Shown: positions 46,701-63,965, counted from the stretch's first letter. The stretch is DNA of 64,000 nucleotides from Macrostomum lignano (GCA_002269645.1 NIVC01000171.1:25794-89793), one strand, 5' to 3'. Notes: generated by a model not told the origin, from the letters alone. Translations and numbers: made by a program.

Positions 46701-49700
46701 GTACTGGAGTCGTACTGGTAACAGTTATTAGAAGTAGCCAGTCAGGCCACGCGAGTCGCAGTTGGCGGCGTCTGGTCACAGATCGCCGCCGCAGCCCAGT
46801 CCCCGGTCACAGGCGGCTGGGCACTGCCGATTGGTTGTACATTGATAGTAGAATAGTAGTAGAAGTAGTAGTAATAGTAGTAGTAGTAGCAGTAGAGTAG
46901 TAGTAGTCGTAATCGTAGTAGAGCCGTACTATTAGCAGTAATTTGAAGTAGCCAGTCAGGCCACGAGGATCGCAGTTGGCGGCGTCTGGTCACAGATCGC
47001 CGCCTGCACAGCCCCTGGTCACAGGCGACTGGGCACTGCCGATCAGTTGAAGCTAGATTGTCAGTAGTAGTAGCACTAGTAGTTGCAGTAGTAGTAGTAG
47101 TAGTAGTAGTTGTTGTTGTAGTAGTAGAAGTAGTAGTAGAGTAGTAGTAGTCGTAGTAGTGTCGTACATTTAATATTTGCAGCTGCAGAAATAGTACTCT
47201 TGCTTATCCCGAGTAGATTTTCAGCGGAAAATATAGGTAGACTTTTTGTTGACAAACATGGCGAGCCTCAATAATCCGGTCCTGGGTAATAGATATGCAA
47301 AAGGCAGCTTCAAACTGCAAACCACACACACGGAAATATTGAAGAACGTTAGTTGTCGAATATTCAGAAACCGATATTTCGGCCTGGACTGGGCCTTCGT
47401 CAGGGTTTATTTATTCGGGTTTAAAAACAAATATATTGGCTGTGAAGTTATTTTAACATAATTTCAATATATATATGCGACTTTTGAGGGTGCACTGAGC
47501 AGTGTTGAGTAAAGATGTGTACGTATAATTAGTTAAAAACGTGAGTTGAAGCACGCTGATTGGTTAAAGTCTTGCAGCTAAAGCCTTGCACAAAAATAAA
47601 TATGTTAGGTGCTATAGAAAACCAGATTTAAAGCGTAGAAGTGTATGACTAAGCATCTTGAAAAGTTCAACAAATAAGTTAATTACGCCCGTAGAAAAAA
47701 ACAAATATTAAATTAATACAGAGCACTGAGAACTTTGCATAAATAAGTGTAAATAATTAGATGTAACTATTGAATTCATATACAGTAACTAATTGGGTAG
47801 CCAGACAGGCCACGCGAGACGCAGTTGGCGGCGTCTGGTCACAGATCGCCGCCGCAGCCCAGTCCCTGGTCACAGGCGGCTGGGCACTGCCGATTGGTTG
47901 TACATTGATAGTAGAATAGTAGTAGTAGTAATGAAGCAGTAGTAGTAGCAGTAGTAGTAGTCCTAGTCGTACTGGAGTCGTACTGGTAACAGTTATTAGA
48001 AGTAGCCAGTCAGGCCACGCGAGTCGCAGTTGGCGGCGTCTGGTCACAGATCGCCGCCGCAGCCCAGTCCCTGGTCACAGGCGGCTGGGCACTGCCGATT
48101 GGTTGTACATTGATAGTAGAATAGTAGTAGTAGTAATGAAGCAGTAGTAGTAGCAGTAGTAGTAGTCCTAGTCGTACTGGAGTCGTACTGGTAACAGTTA
48201 TTAGAAGTAGCCAGTCAGGCCACGCGAGTCGCAGTTGGCGGCGTCTGGTCACAGATCGCCGCCGCAGCCCAGTCCCTGGTCACAGGCGGCTGGGCACTGC
48301 CGATTGGTTGTACATTGATAGTAGAATAGTAGTAGTAGTAATGAAGCAGTAGTAGTAGCAGTAGTAGTAGTCCTAGTCGTACTGGAGTCGTACTGGTAAC
48401 AGTTATTAGAAGTAGCCAGTCAGGCCACGCGAGTCGCAGTTGGCGGCGTCTGGTCACAGATCGCCGCCGCAGCCCAGTCCCTGGTCACAGGCGGCTGGGC
48501 ACTGCCGATTGGTTGTACATTGATAGTAGAATAGTAGTAGTAGTAATGAAGCAGTAGTAGTAGCAGTAGTAGTAGTCCTAGTCGTACTGGAGTCGTACTG
48601 GTAACAGTTATTAGAAGTAGCCAGTCAGGCCACGCGAGTCGCAGTTGGCGGCGTCTGGTCACAGATCGCCGCCGCAGCCCAGTCCCTGGTCACAGGCGGC
48701 TGGGCACTGCCGATTGGTTGTACATTGATAGTAGAATAGTAGTAGAAGTAGTAGTAATAGTAGTAGTAGTAGCAGTAGAGTAGTAGTAGTCGTAATCGTA
48801 GTAGAGCCGTACTATTAGCAGTAATTTGAAGTAGCCAGTCAGGCCACGAGGATCGCAGTTGGCGGCGTCTGGTCACAGATCGCCGCCTGCACAGCCCCTG
48901 GTCACAGGCGACTGGGCACTGCCGATCAGTTGAAGCTAGATTGTCAGTAGTAGTAGCACTAGTAGTTGCAGTAGTAGTAGTAGTAGTAGTAGTTGTTGTT
49001 GTAGTAGTAGAAGTAGTAGTAGAGTAGTAGTAGTCGTAGTAGTGTCGTACATTTAATATTTGCAGCTGCAGAAATAGTACTCTTGCTTATCCCGAGTAGA
49101 TTTTCAGCGGAAAATATAGGTAGACTTTTTGTTGACAAACATGGCGAGCCTCAATAATCCGGTCCTGGGTAATAGATATGCAAAAGGCAGCTTCAAACTG
49201 CAAACCACACACACGGAAATATTGAAGAACGTTAGTTGTCGAATATTCAGAAACCGATATTTCGGCCTGGACTGGGCCTTCGTCAGGGTTTATTTATTCG
49301 GGTTTAAAAACAAATATATTGGCTGTGAAGTTATTTTAACATAATTTCAATATATATATGCGACTTTTGAGGGTGCACTGAGCAGTGTTGAGTAAAGATG
49401 TGTACGTATAATTAGTTAAAAACGTGAGTTGAAGCACGCTGATTGGTTAAAGTCTTGCAGCTAAAGCCTTGCACAAAAATAAATATGTTAGGTGCTATAG
49501 AAAACCAGATTTAAAGCGTAGAAGTGTATGACTAAGCATCTTGAAAAGTTCAACAAATAAGTTAATTACGCCCGTAGAAAAAAACAAATATTAAATTAAT
49601 ACAGAGCACTGAGAACTTTGCATAAATAAGTGTAAATAATTAGATGTAACTATTGAATTCATATACAGTAACTAATTGGGTAGCCAGACAGGCCACGCGA

Positions 49701-52700
49701 GACGCAGTTGGCGGCGTCTGGTCACAGATCGCCGCCGCAGCCCAGTCCCTGGTCACAGGCGGCTGGGCACTGCCGATTGGTTGTACATTGATAGTAGAAT
49801 AGTAGTAGTAGTAATGAAGCAGTAGTAGTAGCAGTAGTAGTAGTCCTAGTCGTACTGGAGTCGTACTGGTAACAGTTATTAGAAGTAGCCAGTCAGGCCA
49901 CGCGAGTCGCAGTTGGCGGCGTCTGGTCACAGATCGCCGCCGCAGCCCAGTCCCTGGTCACAGGCGGCTGGGCACTGCCGATTGGTTGTACATTGATAGT
50001 AGAATAGTAGTAGTAGTAATGAAGCAGTAGTAGTAGCAGTAGTAGTAGTCCTAGTCGTACTGGAGTCGTACTGGTAACAGTTATTAGAAGTAGCCAGTCA
50101 GGCCACGCGAGTCGCAGTTGGCGGCGTCTGGTCACAGATCGCCGCCGCAGCCCAGTCCCTGGTCACAGGCGGCTGGGCACTGCCGATTGGTTGTACATTG
50201 ATAGTAGAATAGTAGTAGTAGTAATGAAGCAGTAGTAGTAGCAGTAGTAGTAGTCCTAGTCGTACTGGAGTCGTACTGGTAACAGTTATTAGAAGTAGCC
50301 AGTCAGGCCACGCGAGTCGCAGTTGGCGGCGTCTGGTCACAGATCGCCGCCGCAGCCCAGTCCCTGGTCACAGGCGGCTGGGCACTGCCGATTGGTTGTA
50401 CATTGATAGTAGAATAGTAGTAGTAGTAATGAAGCAGTAGTAGTAGCAGTAGTAGTAGTCCTAGTCGTACTGGAGTCGTACTGGTAACAGTTATTAGAAG
50501 TAGCCAGTCAGGCCACGCGAGTCGCAGTTGGCGGCGTCTGGTCACAGATCGCCGCCGCAGCCCAGTCCCTGGTCACAGGCGGCTGGGCACTGCCGATTGG
50601 TTGTACATTGATAGTAGAATAGTAGTAGAAGTAGTAGTAATAGTAGTAGTAGTAGCAGTAGAGTAGTAGTAGTCGTAATCGTAGTAGAGCCGTACTATTA
50701 GCAGTAATTTGAAGTAGCCAGTCAGGCCACGAGGATCGCAGTTGGCGGCGTCTGGTCACAGATCGCCGCCTGCACAGCCCCTGGTCACAGGCGACTGGGC
50801 ACTGCCGATCAGTTGAAGCTAGATTGTCAGTAGTAGTAGCACTAGTAGTTGCAGTAGTAGTAGTAGTAGTAGTAGTTGTTGTTGTAGTAGTAGAAGTAGT
50901 AGTAGAGTAGTAGTAGTCGTAGTAGTGTCGTACATTTAATATTTGCAGCTGCAGAAATAGTACTCTTGCTTATCCCGAGTAGATTTTCAGCGGAAAATAT
51001 AGGTAGACTTTTTGTTGACAAACATGGCGAGCCTCAATAATCCGGTCCTGGGTAATAGATATGCAAAAGGCAGCTTCAAACTGCAAACCACACACACGGA
51101 AATATTGAAGAACGTTAGTTGTCGAATATTCAGAAACCGATATTTCGGCCTGGACTGGGCCTTCGTCAGGGTTTATTTATTCGGGTTTAAAAACAAATAT
51201 ATTGGCTGTGAAGTTATTTTAACATAATTTCAATATATATATGCGACTTTTGAGGGTGCACTGAGCAGTGTTGAGTAAAGATGTGTACGTATAATTAGTT
51301 AAAAACGTGAGTTGAAGCACGCTGATTGGTTAAAGTCTTGCAGCTAAAGCCTTGCACAAAAATAAATATGTTAGGTGCTATAGAAAACCAGATTTAAAGC
51401 GTAGAAGTGTATGACTAAGCATCTTGAAAAGTTCAACAAATAAGTTAATTACGCCCGTAGAAAAAAACAAATATTAAATTAATACAGAGCACTGAGAACT
51501 TTGCATAAATAAGTGTAAATAATTAGATGTAACTATTGAATTCATATACAGTAACTAATTGGGTAGCCAGACAGGCCACGCGAGACGCAGTTGGCGGCGT
51601 CTGGTCACAGATCGCCGCCGCAGCCCAGTCCCTGGTCACAGGCGGCTGGGCACTGCCGATTGGTTGTACATTGATAGTAGAATAGTAGTAGTAGTAATGA
51701 AGCAGTAGTAGTAGCAGTAGTAGTAGTCCTAGTCGTACTGGAGTCGTACTGGTAACAGTTATTAGAAGTAGCCAGTCAGGCCACGCGAGTCGCAGTTGGC
51801 GGCGTCTGGTCACAGATCGCCGCCGCAGCCCAGTCCCTGGTCACAGGCGGCTGGGCACTGCCGATTGGTTGTACATTGATAGTAGAATAGTAGTAGTAGT
51901 AATGAAGCAGTAGTAGTAGCAGTAGTAGTAGTCCTAGTCGTACTGGAGTCGTACTGGTAACAGTTATTAGAAGTAGCCAGTCAGGCCACGCGAGTCGCAG
52001 TTGGCGGCGTCTGGTCACAGATCGCCGCCGCAGCCCAGTCCCTGGTCACAGGCGGCTGGGCACTGCCGATTGGTTGTACATTGATAGTAGAATAGTAGTA
52101 GTAGTAATGAAGCAGTAGTAGTAGCAGTAGTAGTAGTCCTAGTCGTACTGGAGTCGTACTGGTAACAGTTATTAGAAGTAGCCAGTCAGGCCACGCGAGT
52201 CGCAGTTGGCGGCGTCTGGTCACAGATCGCCGCCGCAGCCCAGTCCCTGGTCACAGGCGGCTGGGCACTGCCGATTGGTTGTACATTGATAGTAGAATAG
52301 TAGTAGTAGTAATGAAGCAGTAGTAGTAGCAGTAGTAGTAGTCCTAGTCGTACTGGAGTCGTACTGGTAACAGTTATTAGAAGTAGCCAGTCAGGCCACG
52401 CGAGTCGCAGTTGGCGGCGTCTGGTCACAGATCGCCGCCGCAGCCCAGTCCCTGGTCACAGGCGGCTGGGCACTGCCGATTGGTTGTACATTGATAGTAG
52501 AATAGTAGTAGAAGTAGTAGTAATAGTAGTAGTAGTAGCAGTAGAGTAGTAGTAGTCGTAATCGTAGTAGAGCCGTACTATTAGCAGTAATTTGAAGTAG
52601 CCAGTCAGGCCACGAGGATCGCAGTTGGCGGCGTCTGGTCACAGATCGCCGCCTGCACAGCCCCTGGTCACAGGCGACTGGGCACTGCCGATCAGTTGAA

Positions 52701-55700
52701 GCTAGATTGTCAGTAGTAGTAGCACTAGTAGTTGCAGTAGTAGTAGTAGTAGTAGTAGTTGTTGTTGTAGTAGTAGAAGTAGTAGTAGAGTAGTAGTAGT
52801 CGTAGTAGTGTCGTACATTTAATATTTGCAGCTGCAGAAATAGTACTCTTGCTTATCCCGAGTAGATTTTCAGCGGAAAATATAGGTAGACTTTTTGTTG
52901 ACAAACATGGCGAGCCTCAATAATCCGGTCCTGGGTAATAGATATGCAAAAGGCAGCTTCAAACTGCAAACCACACACACGGAAATATTGAAGAACGTTA
53001 GTTGTCGAATATTCAGAAACCGATATTTCGGCCTGGACTGGGCCTTCGTCAGGGTTTATTTATTCGGGTTTAAAAACAAATATATTGGCTGTGAAGTTAT
53101 TTTAACATAATTTCAATATATATATGCGACTTTTGAGGGTGCACTGAGCAGTGTTGAGTAAAGATGTGTACGTATAATTAGTTAAAAACGTGAGTTGAAG
53201 CACGCTGATTGGTTAAAGTCTTGCAGCTAAAGCCTTGCACAAAAATAAATATGTTAGGTGCTATAGAAAACCAGATTTAAAGCGTAGAAGTGTATGACTA
53301 AGCATCTTGAAAAGTTCAACAAATAAGTTAATTACGCCCGTAGAAAAAAACAAATATTAAATTAATACAGAGCACTGAGAACTTTGCATAAATAAGTGTA
53401 AATAATTAGATGTAACTATTGAATTCATATACAGTAACTAATTGGGTAGCCAGACAGGCCACGCGAGACGCAGTTGGCGGCGTCTGGTCACAGATCGCCG
53501 CCGCAGCCCAGTCCCTGGTCACAGGCGGCTGGGCACTGCCGATTGGTTGTACATTGATAGTAGAATAGTAGTAGTAGTAATGAAGCAGTAGTAGTAGCAG
53601 TAGTAGTAGTCCTAGTCGTACTGGAGTCGTACTGGTAACAGTTATTAGAAGTAGCCAGTCAGGCCACGCGAGTCGCAGTTGGCGGCGTCTGGTCACAGAT
53701 CGCCGCCGCAGCCCAGTCCCTGGTCACAGGCGGCTGGGCACTGCCGATTGGTTGTACATTGATAGTAGAATAGTAGTAGTAGTAATGAAGCAGTAGTAGT
53801 AGCAGTAGTAGTAGTCCTAGTCGTACTGGAGTCGTACTGGTAACAGTTATTAGAAGTAGCCAGTCAGGCCACGCGAGTCGCAGTTGGCGGCGTCTGGTCA
53901 CAGATCGCCGCCGCAGCCCAGTCCCTGGTCACAGGCGGCTGGGCACTGCCGATTGGTTGTACATTGATAGTAGAATAGTAGTAGTAGTAATGAAGCAGTA
54001 GTAGTAGCAGTAGTAGTAGTCCTAGTCGTACTGGAGTCGTACTGGTAACAGTTATTAGAAGTAGCCAGTCAGGCCACGCGAGTCGCAGTTGGCGGCGTCT
54101 GGTCACAGATCGCCGCCGCAGCCCAGTCCCTGGTCACAGGCGGCTGGGCACTGCCGATTGGTTGTACATTGATAGTAGAATAGTAGTAGTAGTAATGAAG
54201 CAGTAGTAGTAGCAGTAGTAGTAGTCCTAGTCGTACTGGAGTCGTACTGGTAACAGTTATTAGAAGTAGCCAGTCAGGCCACGCGAGTCGCAGTTGGCGG
54301 CGTCTGGTCACAGATCGCCGCCGCAGCCCAGTCCCTGGTCACAGGCGGCTGGGCACTGCCGATTGGTTGTACATTGATAGTAGAATAGTAGTAGTAGTAA
54401 TGAAGCAGTAGTAGTAGCAGTAGTAGTAGTCCTAGTCGTACTGGAGTCGTACTGGTAACAGTTATTAGAAGTAGCCAGTCAGGCCACGCGAGTCGCAGTT
54501 GGCGGCGTCTGGTCACAGATCGCCGCCGCAGCCCAGTCCCTGGTCACAGGCGGCTGGGCACTGCCGATTGGTTGTACATTGATAGTAGAATAGTAGTAGT
54601 AGTAATGAAGCAGTAGTAGTAGCAGTAGTAGTAGTCCTAGTCGTACTGGAGTCGTACTGGTAACAGTTATTAGAAGTAGCCAGTCAGGCCACGCGAGTCG
54701 CAGTTGGCGGCGTCTGGTCACAGATCGCCGCCGCAGCCCAGTCCCTGGTCACAGGCGGCTGGGCACTGCCGATTGGTTGTACATTGATAGTAGAATAGTA
54801 GTAGTAGTAATGAAGCAGTAGTAGTAGCAGTAGTAGTAGTCCTAGTCGTACTGGAGTCGTACTGGTAACAGTTATTAGAAGTAGCCAGTCAGGCCACGCG
54901 AGTCGCAGTTGGCGGCGTCTGGTCACAGATCGCCGCCGCAGCCCAGTCCCTGGTCACAGGCGGCTGGGCACTGCCGATTGGTTGTACATTGATAGTAGAA
55001 TAGTAGTAGAAGTAGTAGTAATAGTAGTAGTAGTAGCAGTAGAGTAGTAGTAGTCGTAATCGTAGTAGAGCCGTACTATTAGCAGTAATTTGAAGTAGCC
55101 AGTCAGGCCACGAGGATCGCAGTTGGCGGCGTCTGGTCACAGATCGCCGCCTGCACAGCCCCTGGTCACAGGCGACTGGGCACTGCCGATCAGTTGAAGC
55201 TAGATTGTCAGTAGTAGTAGCACTAGTAGTTGCAGTAGTAGTAGTAGTAGTAGTAGTTGTTGTTGTAGTAGTAGAAGTAGTAGTAGAGTAGTAGTAGTCG
55301 TAGTAGTGTCGTACATTTAATATTTGCAGCTGCAGAAATAGTACTCTTGCTTATCCCGAGTAGATTTTCAGCGGAAAATATAGGTAGACTTTTTGTTGAC
55401 AAACATGGCGAGCCTCAATAATCCGGTCCTGGGTAATAGATATGCAAAAGGCAGCTTCAAACTGCAAACCACACACACGGAAATATTGAAGAACGTTAGT
55501 TGTCGAATATTCAGAAACCGATATTTCGGCCTGGACTGGGCCTTCGTCAGGGTTTATTTATTCGGGTTTAAAAACAAATATATTGGCTGTGAAGTTATTT
55601 TAACATAATTTCAATATATATATGCGACTTTTGAGGGTGCACTGAGCAGTGTTGAGTAAAGATGTGTACGTATAATTAGTTAAAAACGTGAGTTGAAGCA

Positions 55701-56399
55701 CGCTGATTGGTTAAAGTCTTGCAGCTAAAGCCTTGCACAAAAATAAATATGTTAGGTGCTATAGAAAACCAGATTTAAAGCGTAGAAGTGTATGACTAAG
55801 CATCTTGAAAAGTTCAACAAATAAGTTAATTACGCCCGTAGAAAAAAACAAATATTAAATTAATACAGAGCACTGAGAACTTTGCATAAATAAGTGTAAA
55901 TAATTAGATGTAACTATTGAATTCATATACAGTAACTAATTGGGTAGCCAGACAGGCCACGCGAGACGCAGTTGGCGGCGTCTGGTCACAGATCGCCGCC
56001 GCAGCCCAGTCCCTGGTCACAGGCGGCTGGGCACTGCCGATTGGTTGTACATTGATAGTAGAATAGTAGTAGTAGTAATGAAGCAGTAGTAGTAGCAGTA
56101 GTAGTAGTCCTAGTCGTACTGGAGTCGTACTGGTAACAGTTATTAGAAGTAGCCAGTCAGGCCACGCGAGTCGCAGTTGGCGGCGTCTGGTCACAGATCG
56201 CCGCCGCAGCCCAGTCCCTGGTCACAGGCGGCTGGGCACTGCCGATTGGTTGTACATTGATAGTAGAATAGTAGTAGTAGTAATGAAGCAGTAGTAGTAG
56301 CAGTAGTAGTAGTCCTAGTCGTACTGGAGTCGTACTGGTAACAGTTATTAGAAGTAGCCAGTCAGGCCACGCGAGTCGCAGTTGGCGGCGTCTGGTCAC

Positions 56400-56403
<4 letters not shown>
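43731..56403. repeat. Hierarchical macrosatellite: 6 full ~1.7-2.5-kb units plus a partial unit. Each has an AT-rich segment, n x 205-bp subunits (n = 4,3,4,4,4,7) and two diverged subunits
   Basis: Unit starts (AGATATGCAAAAGG) at 43731, 45614, 47291, 49174, 51057, 52940 and 55438. Spacings of 1883, 1677, 1883, 1883, 1883 and 2498 differ by multiples of 205 (plus or minus 1). Copies are nearly identical. Confidence 0.97.
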
Positions 56404-59580
<3,177 letters not shown>

Positions 59581-60179
59581 GGCAGCTAGAAGACATCGGT
59601 AATGGTCATTTTGGCTTCAGTTTATTTTCAACCTTCAGCATCACTCAGAGCAACATCAGGATCAGGTAAACAAGCCACTAAAAACCAGTCGGGCCGCACA
59701 GACGCAGCTTCCGCAAAGTTGATGGAGCGGGTCGGCAGGCAAGGCAAGCCCGCAAGCCGCACAGAGCATCAGCTGATGAAGAGGCTGGTTAATCTGACAG
59801 GAGAAAAATAAGCCTCCAGCCTCAGCCAATAGAGGGTTATCAAACTCCTTATCCAACCCAGCAGGAAATCCTGCATGCGGTGGAGTTTTGAGCATGCGAA
59901 GCCAAGGCTACTTAAAGCCTGAGAAGTTTATTTTCCAAGAACTGCGGAAGAGAAGCGAACCGCTCGCCATGGCGACAATCCAGAGGCACTGAATGATTTA
60001 CAATCCTCAGTTGCCTTTTTCTGCAACCAAACTACCTTATCGAAGCGTGCGAAAAACGGCGGTCACTGAGACTCAAAAAAAAGTTCGAGGAAGTGATAAC
60101 AACCTTTTACGCCTTGATTTATGGTGAAGAAATTGCCTCATGCAGGGAAGCCGGACACGGATTGAAATCTCAACTGCCC

Positions 60180-60742
60180 TTCCACTTCTCTCCCTCCTCT
60201 CTTTCCTCTTCTCTCCCTCCTCTCCTTCCTCTTCTCTCCCTCCTCTCCCTCCTCTTCTCTCCCTCCTCTCCTTCCTCTTCTCTCCCTCCTCTCCTTCCTC
60301 TTCTCTCCCTCCTCTCTTTCCTGTTCTCTCCCTCCTCTCCTTTCTCTTCTCTCCCTCCTCTCTTTCCTGTTCTCTCCCTCCTCTCCTTTCTCTTCTCTCC
60401 CTCCTCTCTTTCCTCTTCTCTTCCTCCTCTCCTTCCTCTTCTCTCCCTCCTCTCCTTCCTCTTCTCTTCCTCCTCTCTTTCCTCTTCTCTCCCTCCTCTC
60501 CTTCCTCTTCTCTCCCTCCTCTCCTTCCTCTTCTCTCCCTCCTCTCTTTCCTCTTCTCTCCCTCCTCTCCTTCCTCTTCTCTCCCTCCTCTCCTTCCTCT
60601 TCTCTCCCTCCTCTCCTTCCTCTTCTCTCCCTCCTCTCTTTCCTCTTCTCTCCCTCCTCTCCTTCCTCTTCTCTCCCTCCTCTCTTTCCTCTTCTCTCCC
60701 TCCTCTCCTTCCTCTTCTCTCCCTCCTCTCTTTCCTCTTCCT
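60180..60742. repeat. 23-bp pure-pyrimidine minisatellite (TTCCTCTTCTCTCCCTCCTCTCC)n
   Basis: 23-bp period (60548 to 60571). Essentially only C/T on the plus strand. Confidence 0.93.
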
Positions 60743-61590
60743 CAATGCATACACGCGCACAGACACTAGATAGGTGCAAGTACACACACAGATGCTGCAC
60801 TGTCTTGCGTGTGCGGTACAGCTTGTCCAAAATGCTACGAGCATCCACTCGCCCCAGTGCCCCACTGATATGCTTGCTAACTAAATAAAAAAGCTTACAA
60901 TTTACTTTTTTGAGACCTGAAAAAATTCTGACCTAGCAAAGTAATAAGGCAAATAAAACTGACTAAGCATAGTGCTTGCTCATTTAGGGTCAGCCAAAAA
61001 ATTAAATCATTATTTGATAACCAAGTGCTATCAAGCAGCCGCACTACAGGAGTCGAATTACGCACGCCCACACTAAGATAATGATTAAACGAAAACAACT
61101 GCGACTGGCGGTCCTCCAGTACAAGCTGACTCACTCATTTGAACTTTTTTTAGCCCCAGCCCTTATTTGCGTCCAATAAGTTTAAAAAATACATAAAAAG
61201 TGCCTACTGAATCAAACTGATTTTAATGGTGGAAATCTAAGCAGAGGCTTAAAATCATAGAGTTGTTAAAATTGGAAAATGAATAGAAGAGCTACCACAA
61301 ATTGAAGCCAATACAAGTTATAACTTGAGGATTAGGTAAGTATGACATTCTAAACTTTTTTATGTACATTGATGTGGTAACCCATCGCGGGGTAGAGCGA
61401 AGAGGGATGATTAATTAAGCGTCGAATGTACAATGTACATTGAGCGCTGCTAGGCAAATCCGTTCTAAAAATAGAAACAATGTACACTCTCACTCAAAGC
61501 CCAAAGTCTAAAGGGTGATTGAATATGTACAATAATAATAAGTCGGCTATTCTAAAAATAGAAACAGAAACGATAAGGCCCACCACTCAC

Positions 61591-61796
61591 GGCTAGCCGC
61601 ACCCCGGCCTCAGTGTCTGGCACAGGGGCGCAGTCGCCAGTCTCCCGCTGATAGGCCGTCGGCGCTCTCAAAGCCAGGCTACGGCAGGCATCCCCAGATA
61701 CGGCCAGCGACTCGCAGCGACCGCTGACGCCGCTGTCTGATTCGTTGACAGAAAACACGAAGCCAGTTGGACAGCGGGGCGGCTCGGTGCGTGGTC
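61591..61796 (-). CDS. Probable internal ectodomain exon of the adhesion GPCR (Cys-containing)
   Basis: Strong acceptor TTTCCCAATTTCATCCGCAG|GA and donor GCC|GTGAGT flank a 206-nt open GC-rich frame (PRTEPPRCPTGFVFSVNESDSGVSGRCESL..DACRS..GDCAPV..VRLA) with an NES sequon. Its phase-0 end matches the acceptor at 38913. Assignment to the aGPCR is inferred. Confidence 0.55.
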
Positions 61797-61904
61797 CTGC
61801 GGATGAAATTGGGAAAAATTGATGCTTGTCTCAAAGGTTACAGCCACGGTCACTCCAAGGTGGTAAAAGCAGTTTCGATGCTTACTTTGGCGCTATGGCA
61901 TACA

Positions 61905-62340
61905 TTTTGGCACTCCAGTACCCATTTTGGCACTGCAGTACCCATTTTGGCACTCCAGTACCCATTTTGGCACTCAAGTACCCATTCCGGCACTCCAGTA
62001 CCAATTTTGGCACTCAAGTACCCATTCCGGCACTCCAGTAGCCATTCCGGCACTCCAGTACCAATTTTGGCACTCAAGTACCCATTCCGGCACTCCAGTA
62101 CCAATTTTGGCACTCAAGTACCCATTCCGGCACTCCAGTACCAATTTTGGCACTCAAGTACCCATTTTGGCACTCAAGTACCCATTCCGGCACTCCAGTA
62201 CCAATTTTGGCACTCAAGTACCCATTCCGGCACTCCAGTACCAATTTTGGCACTCAAGTACCCATTTTGGCACTCAAGTACCCATTCCGGCACTCCAGTA
62301 CCAATTTTGGCACTCAAGTACCCATTTTGGCACTCAAGTA
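61905..62340. repeat. 20-bp minisatellite (GGCACTC[C/A]AGTACC[C/A]ATT[TT/CC])n, left part
   Basis: 20-bp period. It continues at 63692 on the far side of the transposon. Confidence 0.93.
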
Positions 62341-63691
62341 CGAGGTGTATCCCAAAAGTAAGTTTCCCTCATATGTAACTCGGCACCCAAGAGGCTCAGC
62401 TAAGTGCCACGTACGTTGTTGCTTTCTTTTTTGTCTATGTTCCAACCCTAAACAAGTCGCTAAGTCCTAGCTTGTTCTCGAGCTGCATGGCTGCAACCCA
62501 AGCACACAACCCTTTGCAACGATGGCCGCGTCCAGCTCGTTCTCTCGCTATGACGTTCGAAGCATCATCAAGTTTTCTGTGCTGTCTGGAAAATCGACAC
62601 CAGAGATTCATCAAGAACTCGTGAGAGTCCTAGGAGAAGCTGCACCATCCATTCAAACGGTCAGGAAGTGGGTGCGAGAAATTCAAGAAGGACGGGACTG
62701 CATGGAGGACAAAGAGCGTTCTGGACGACCAAGAACTGCGACAACAGATTCCAATGCTGATCGCGTGATGGCTTCTGTGAGTGAAGACAACAGAAGGACA
62801 TGCAGTGAGCTGGAGGAACTCCTCGGCATTCCCCACAGCACTGTGCACCGCATTCTGACCGAGAATTTAGGCCTGCAAAAGCTTTTCGCCAAATGGGTGC
62901 CACACCTGCTGACTGACGAGCAGATGGAGGAGCGGGTGGTGGTGTCCCGGGACTGCCTCCGTCGGGTTCGTCGTGAAGGCGACGGATTTCTCGGTAGAAT
63001 AGTGACTGGAGACGAGACGTGGGTCTACGAATGGGACCCAGAGCTGAAGCGGCAGTCAGCGCAGTGGCTTCCGATAGGATCGGCGAGTCCCGAGAAGGTG
63101 CGACGCAAGCAAGGCTCATTGAGGTGATGCACATCATTTTTTTGACATTGACGGGATCATTCTGGACTGGCCTGTGCCTATGGGTACCAAAGTGAATGCT
63201 GAGTACTATCGATGGGTGCTTCAAGAGAAACTGCGACCAGCGATAAGGAAAAAGCGGCCGGGCCTTCTGGAGAGAGGCGTCATATTCCATCACGACAACG
63301 CCCCGGTGCATCGGACCAGACGGGTTGAAGAGCTGCTCGGCTCGTGGAACTGGGAAATTCTCCGCCACCCGCGCTACTCGCCTGATTTGGCTCCGGCAGA
63401 CTTCTATCTGTTCCCGAAGATGAAAGAGAGTCTTCGTGGCCAGCGTTTCGGATCTGAACAACAGGAGCAGGTGAACAACAGCGCTTCATCAGCTCCCGAC
63501 ATCTGGCGATCGCCGGCTGCAGGCCCGCCTTTGAAGCGTGGGTGCGTCGCTGGGAAAAGTGCGTTTGAGCTGGCGGCCGATTTGTGGAGTGACAAATACT
63601 TTAAGTTGTGGTTTGACAAAGTTTACCTTTTTTTTAAACTAATTGCTCACTGTTGGCAGCTGACCGAAACTTACTTTTGGGATACACCTCG
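62341..63691 (+). mobile_element. Tc1/mariner DNA transposon (mariner, DD34D), full length 1351 bp, defective
   Basis: Perfect 26-bp TIRs CGAGGTGTATCCCAAAAGTAAGTTTC at 62341-62366 and 63666-63691. TA duplication at 62339-62340 and 63692-63693. Confidence 0.97.
62522..63592 (+). pseudogene. Mariner transposase, frameshifted
   Basis: Motifs RSGRP, KWVPHLL, IVTGDETW, HHDNAPVH and HPRYSPDLAPADF, with 34 residues between the 2nd and 3rd Asp. Frame breaks at about 63122 and in the T-run at 63137-63143, a further shift near 63470-63510, and RWEKCV*AGGRFVE* at the end. Confidence 0.93.
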
Positions 63692-63965
63692 TACCCATTT
63701 TGGCACTCCAGTACCAATTTTGGCACTGCAGTACCCATTTTGGCACTCCAGTACCCATTTTGGCACTCAGTACCCATTCCGGCACTCCAGTACCAATTTT
63801 GGCATCAAGTACCCATTCCGGCACTCCAGTAGCCATTCCGGCACTCCAGTACAATTTTTGGCACTCAAGTACCCATTCCGGCACTCCAGTAGCCATTCCG
63901 GCACTCAAGTACCAATTTTGGCACTCAAGTACCCATTCCGGCACTCCAGTACCATTCCGGCACTC
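63692..63965. repeat. 20-bp minisatellite, right part (same family as 61905-62340)
   Basis: Resumes in register (CACTCAAGTA|CCCATTTTGG) after the mariner. Confidence 0.92.

Noticed and set aside
44197-56194. Repeated 71-96-aa ORFs ([11 protein letters not shown]..., MLTNMASLNN...)
   Set aside because: They start at GTG or TTG, their hydrophobic and Tyr runs are translations of (TAG)n, and they have no family motifs. Identical copies reflect the DNA repeat, not a multigene family.
59602-60180. GC-moderate segment with fragments faintly like a transposase C-terminus
   Set aside because: There are multiple stops and no diagnostic catalytic motif or TIRs, so it cannot be supported without a search.
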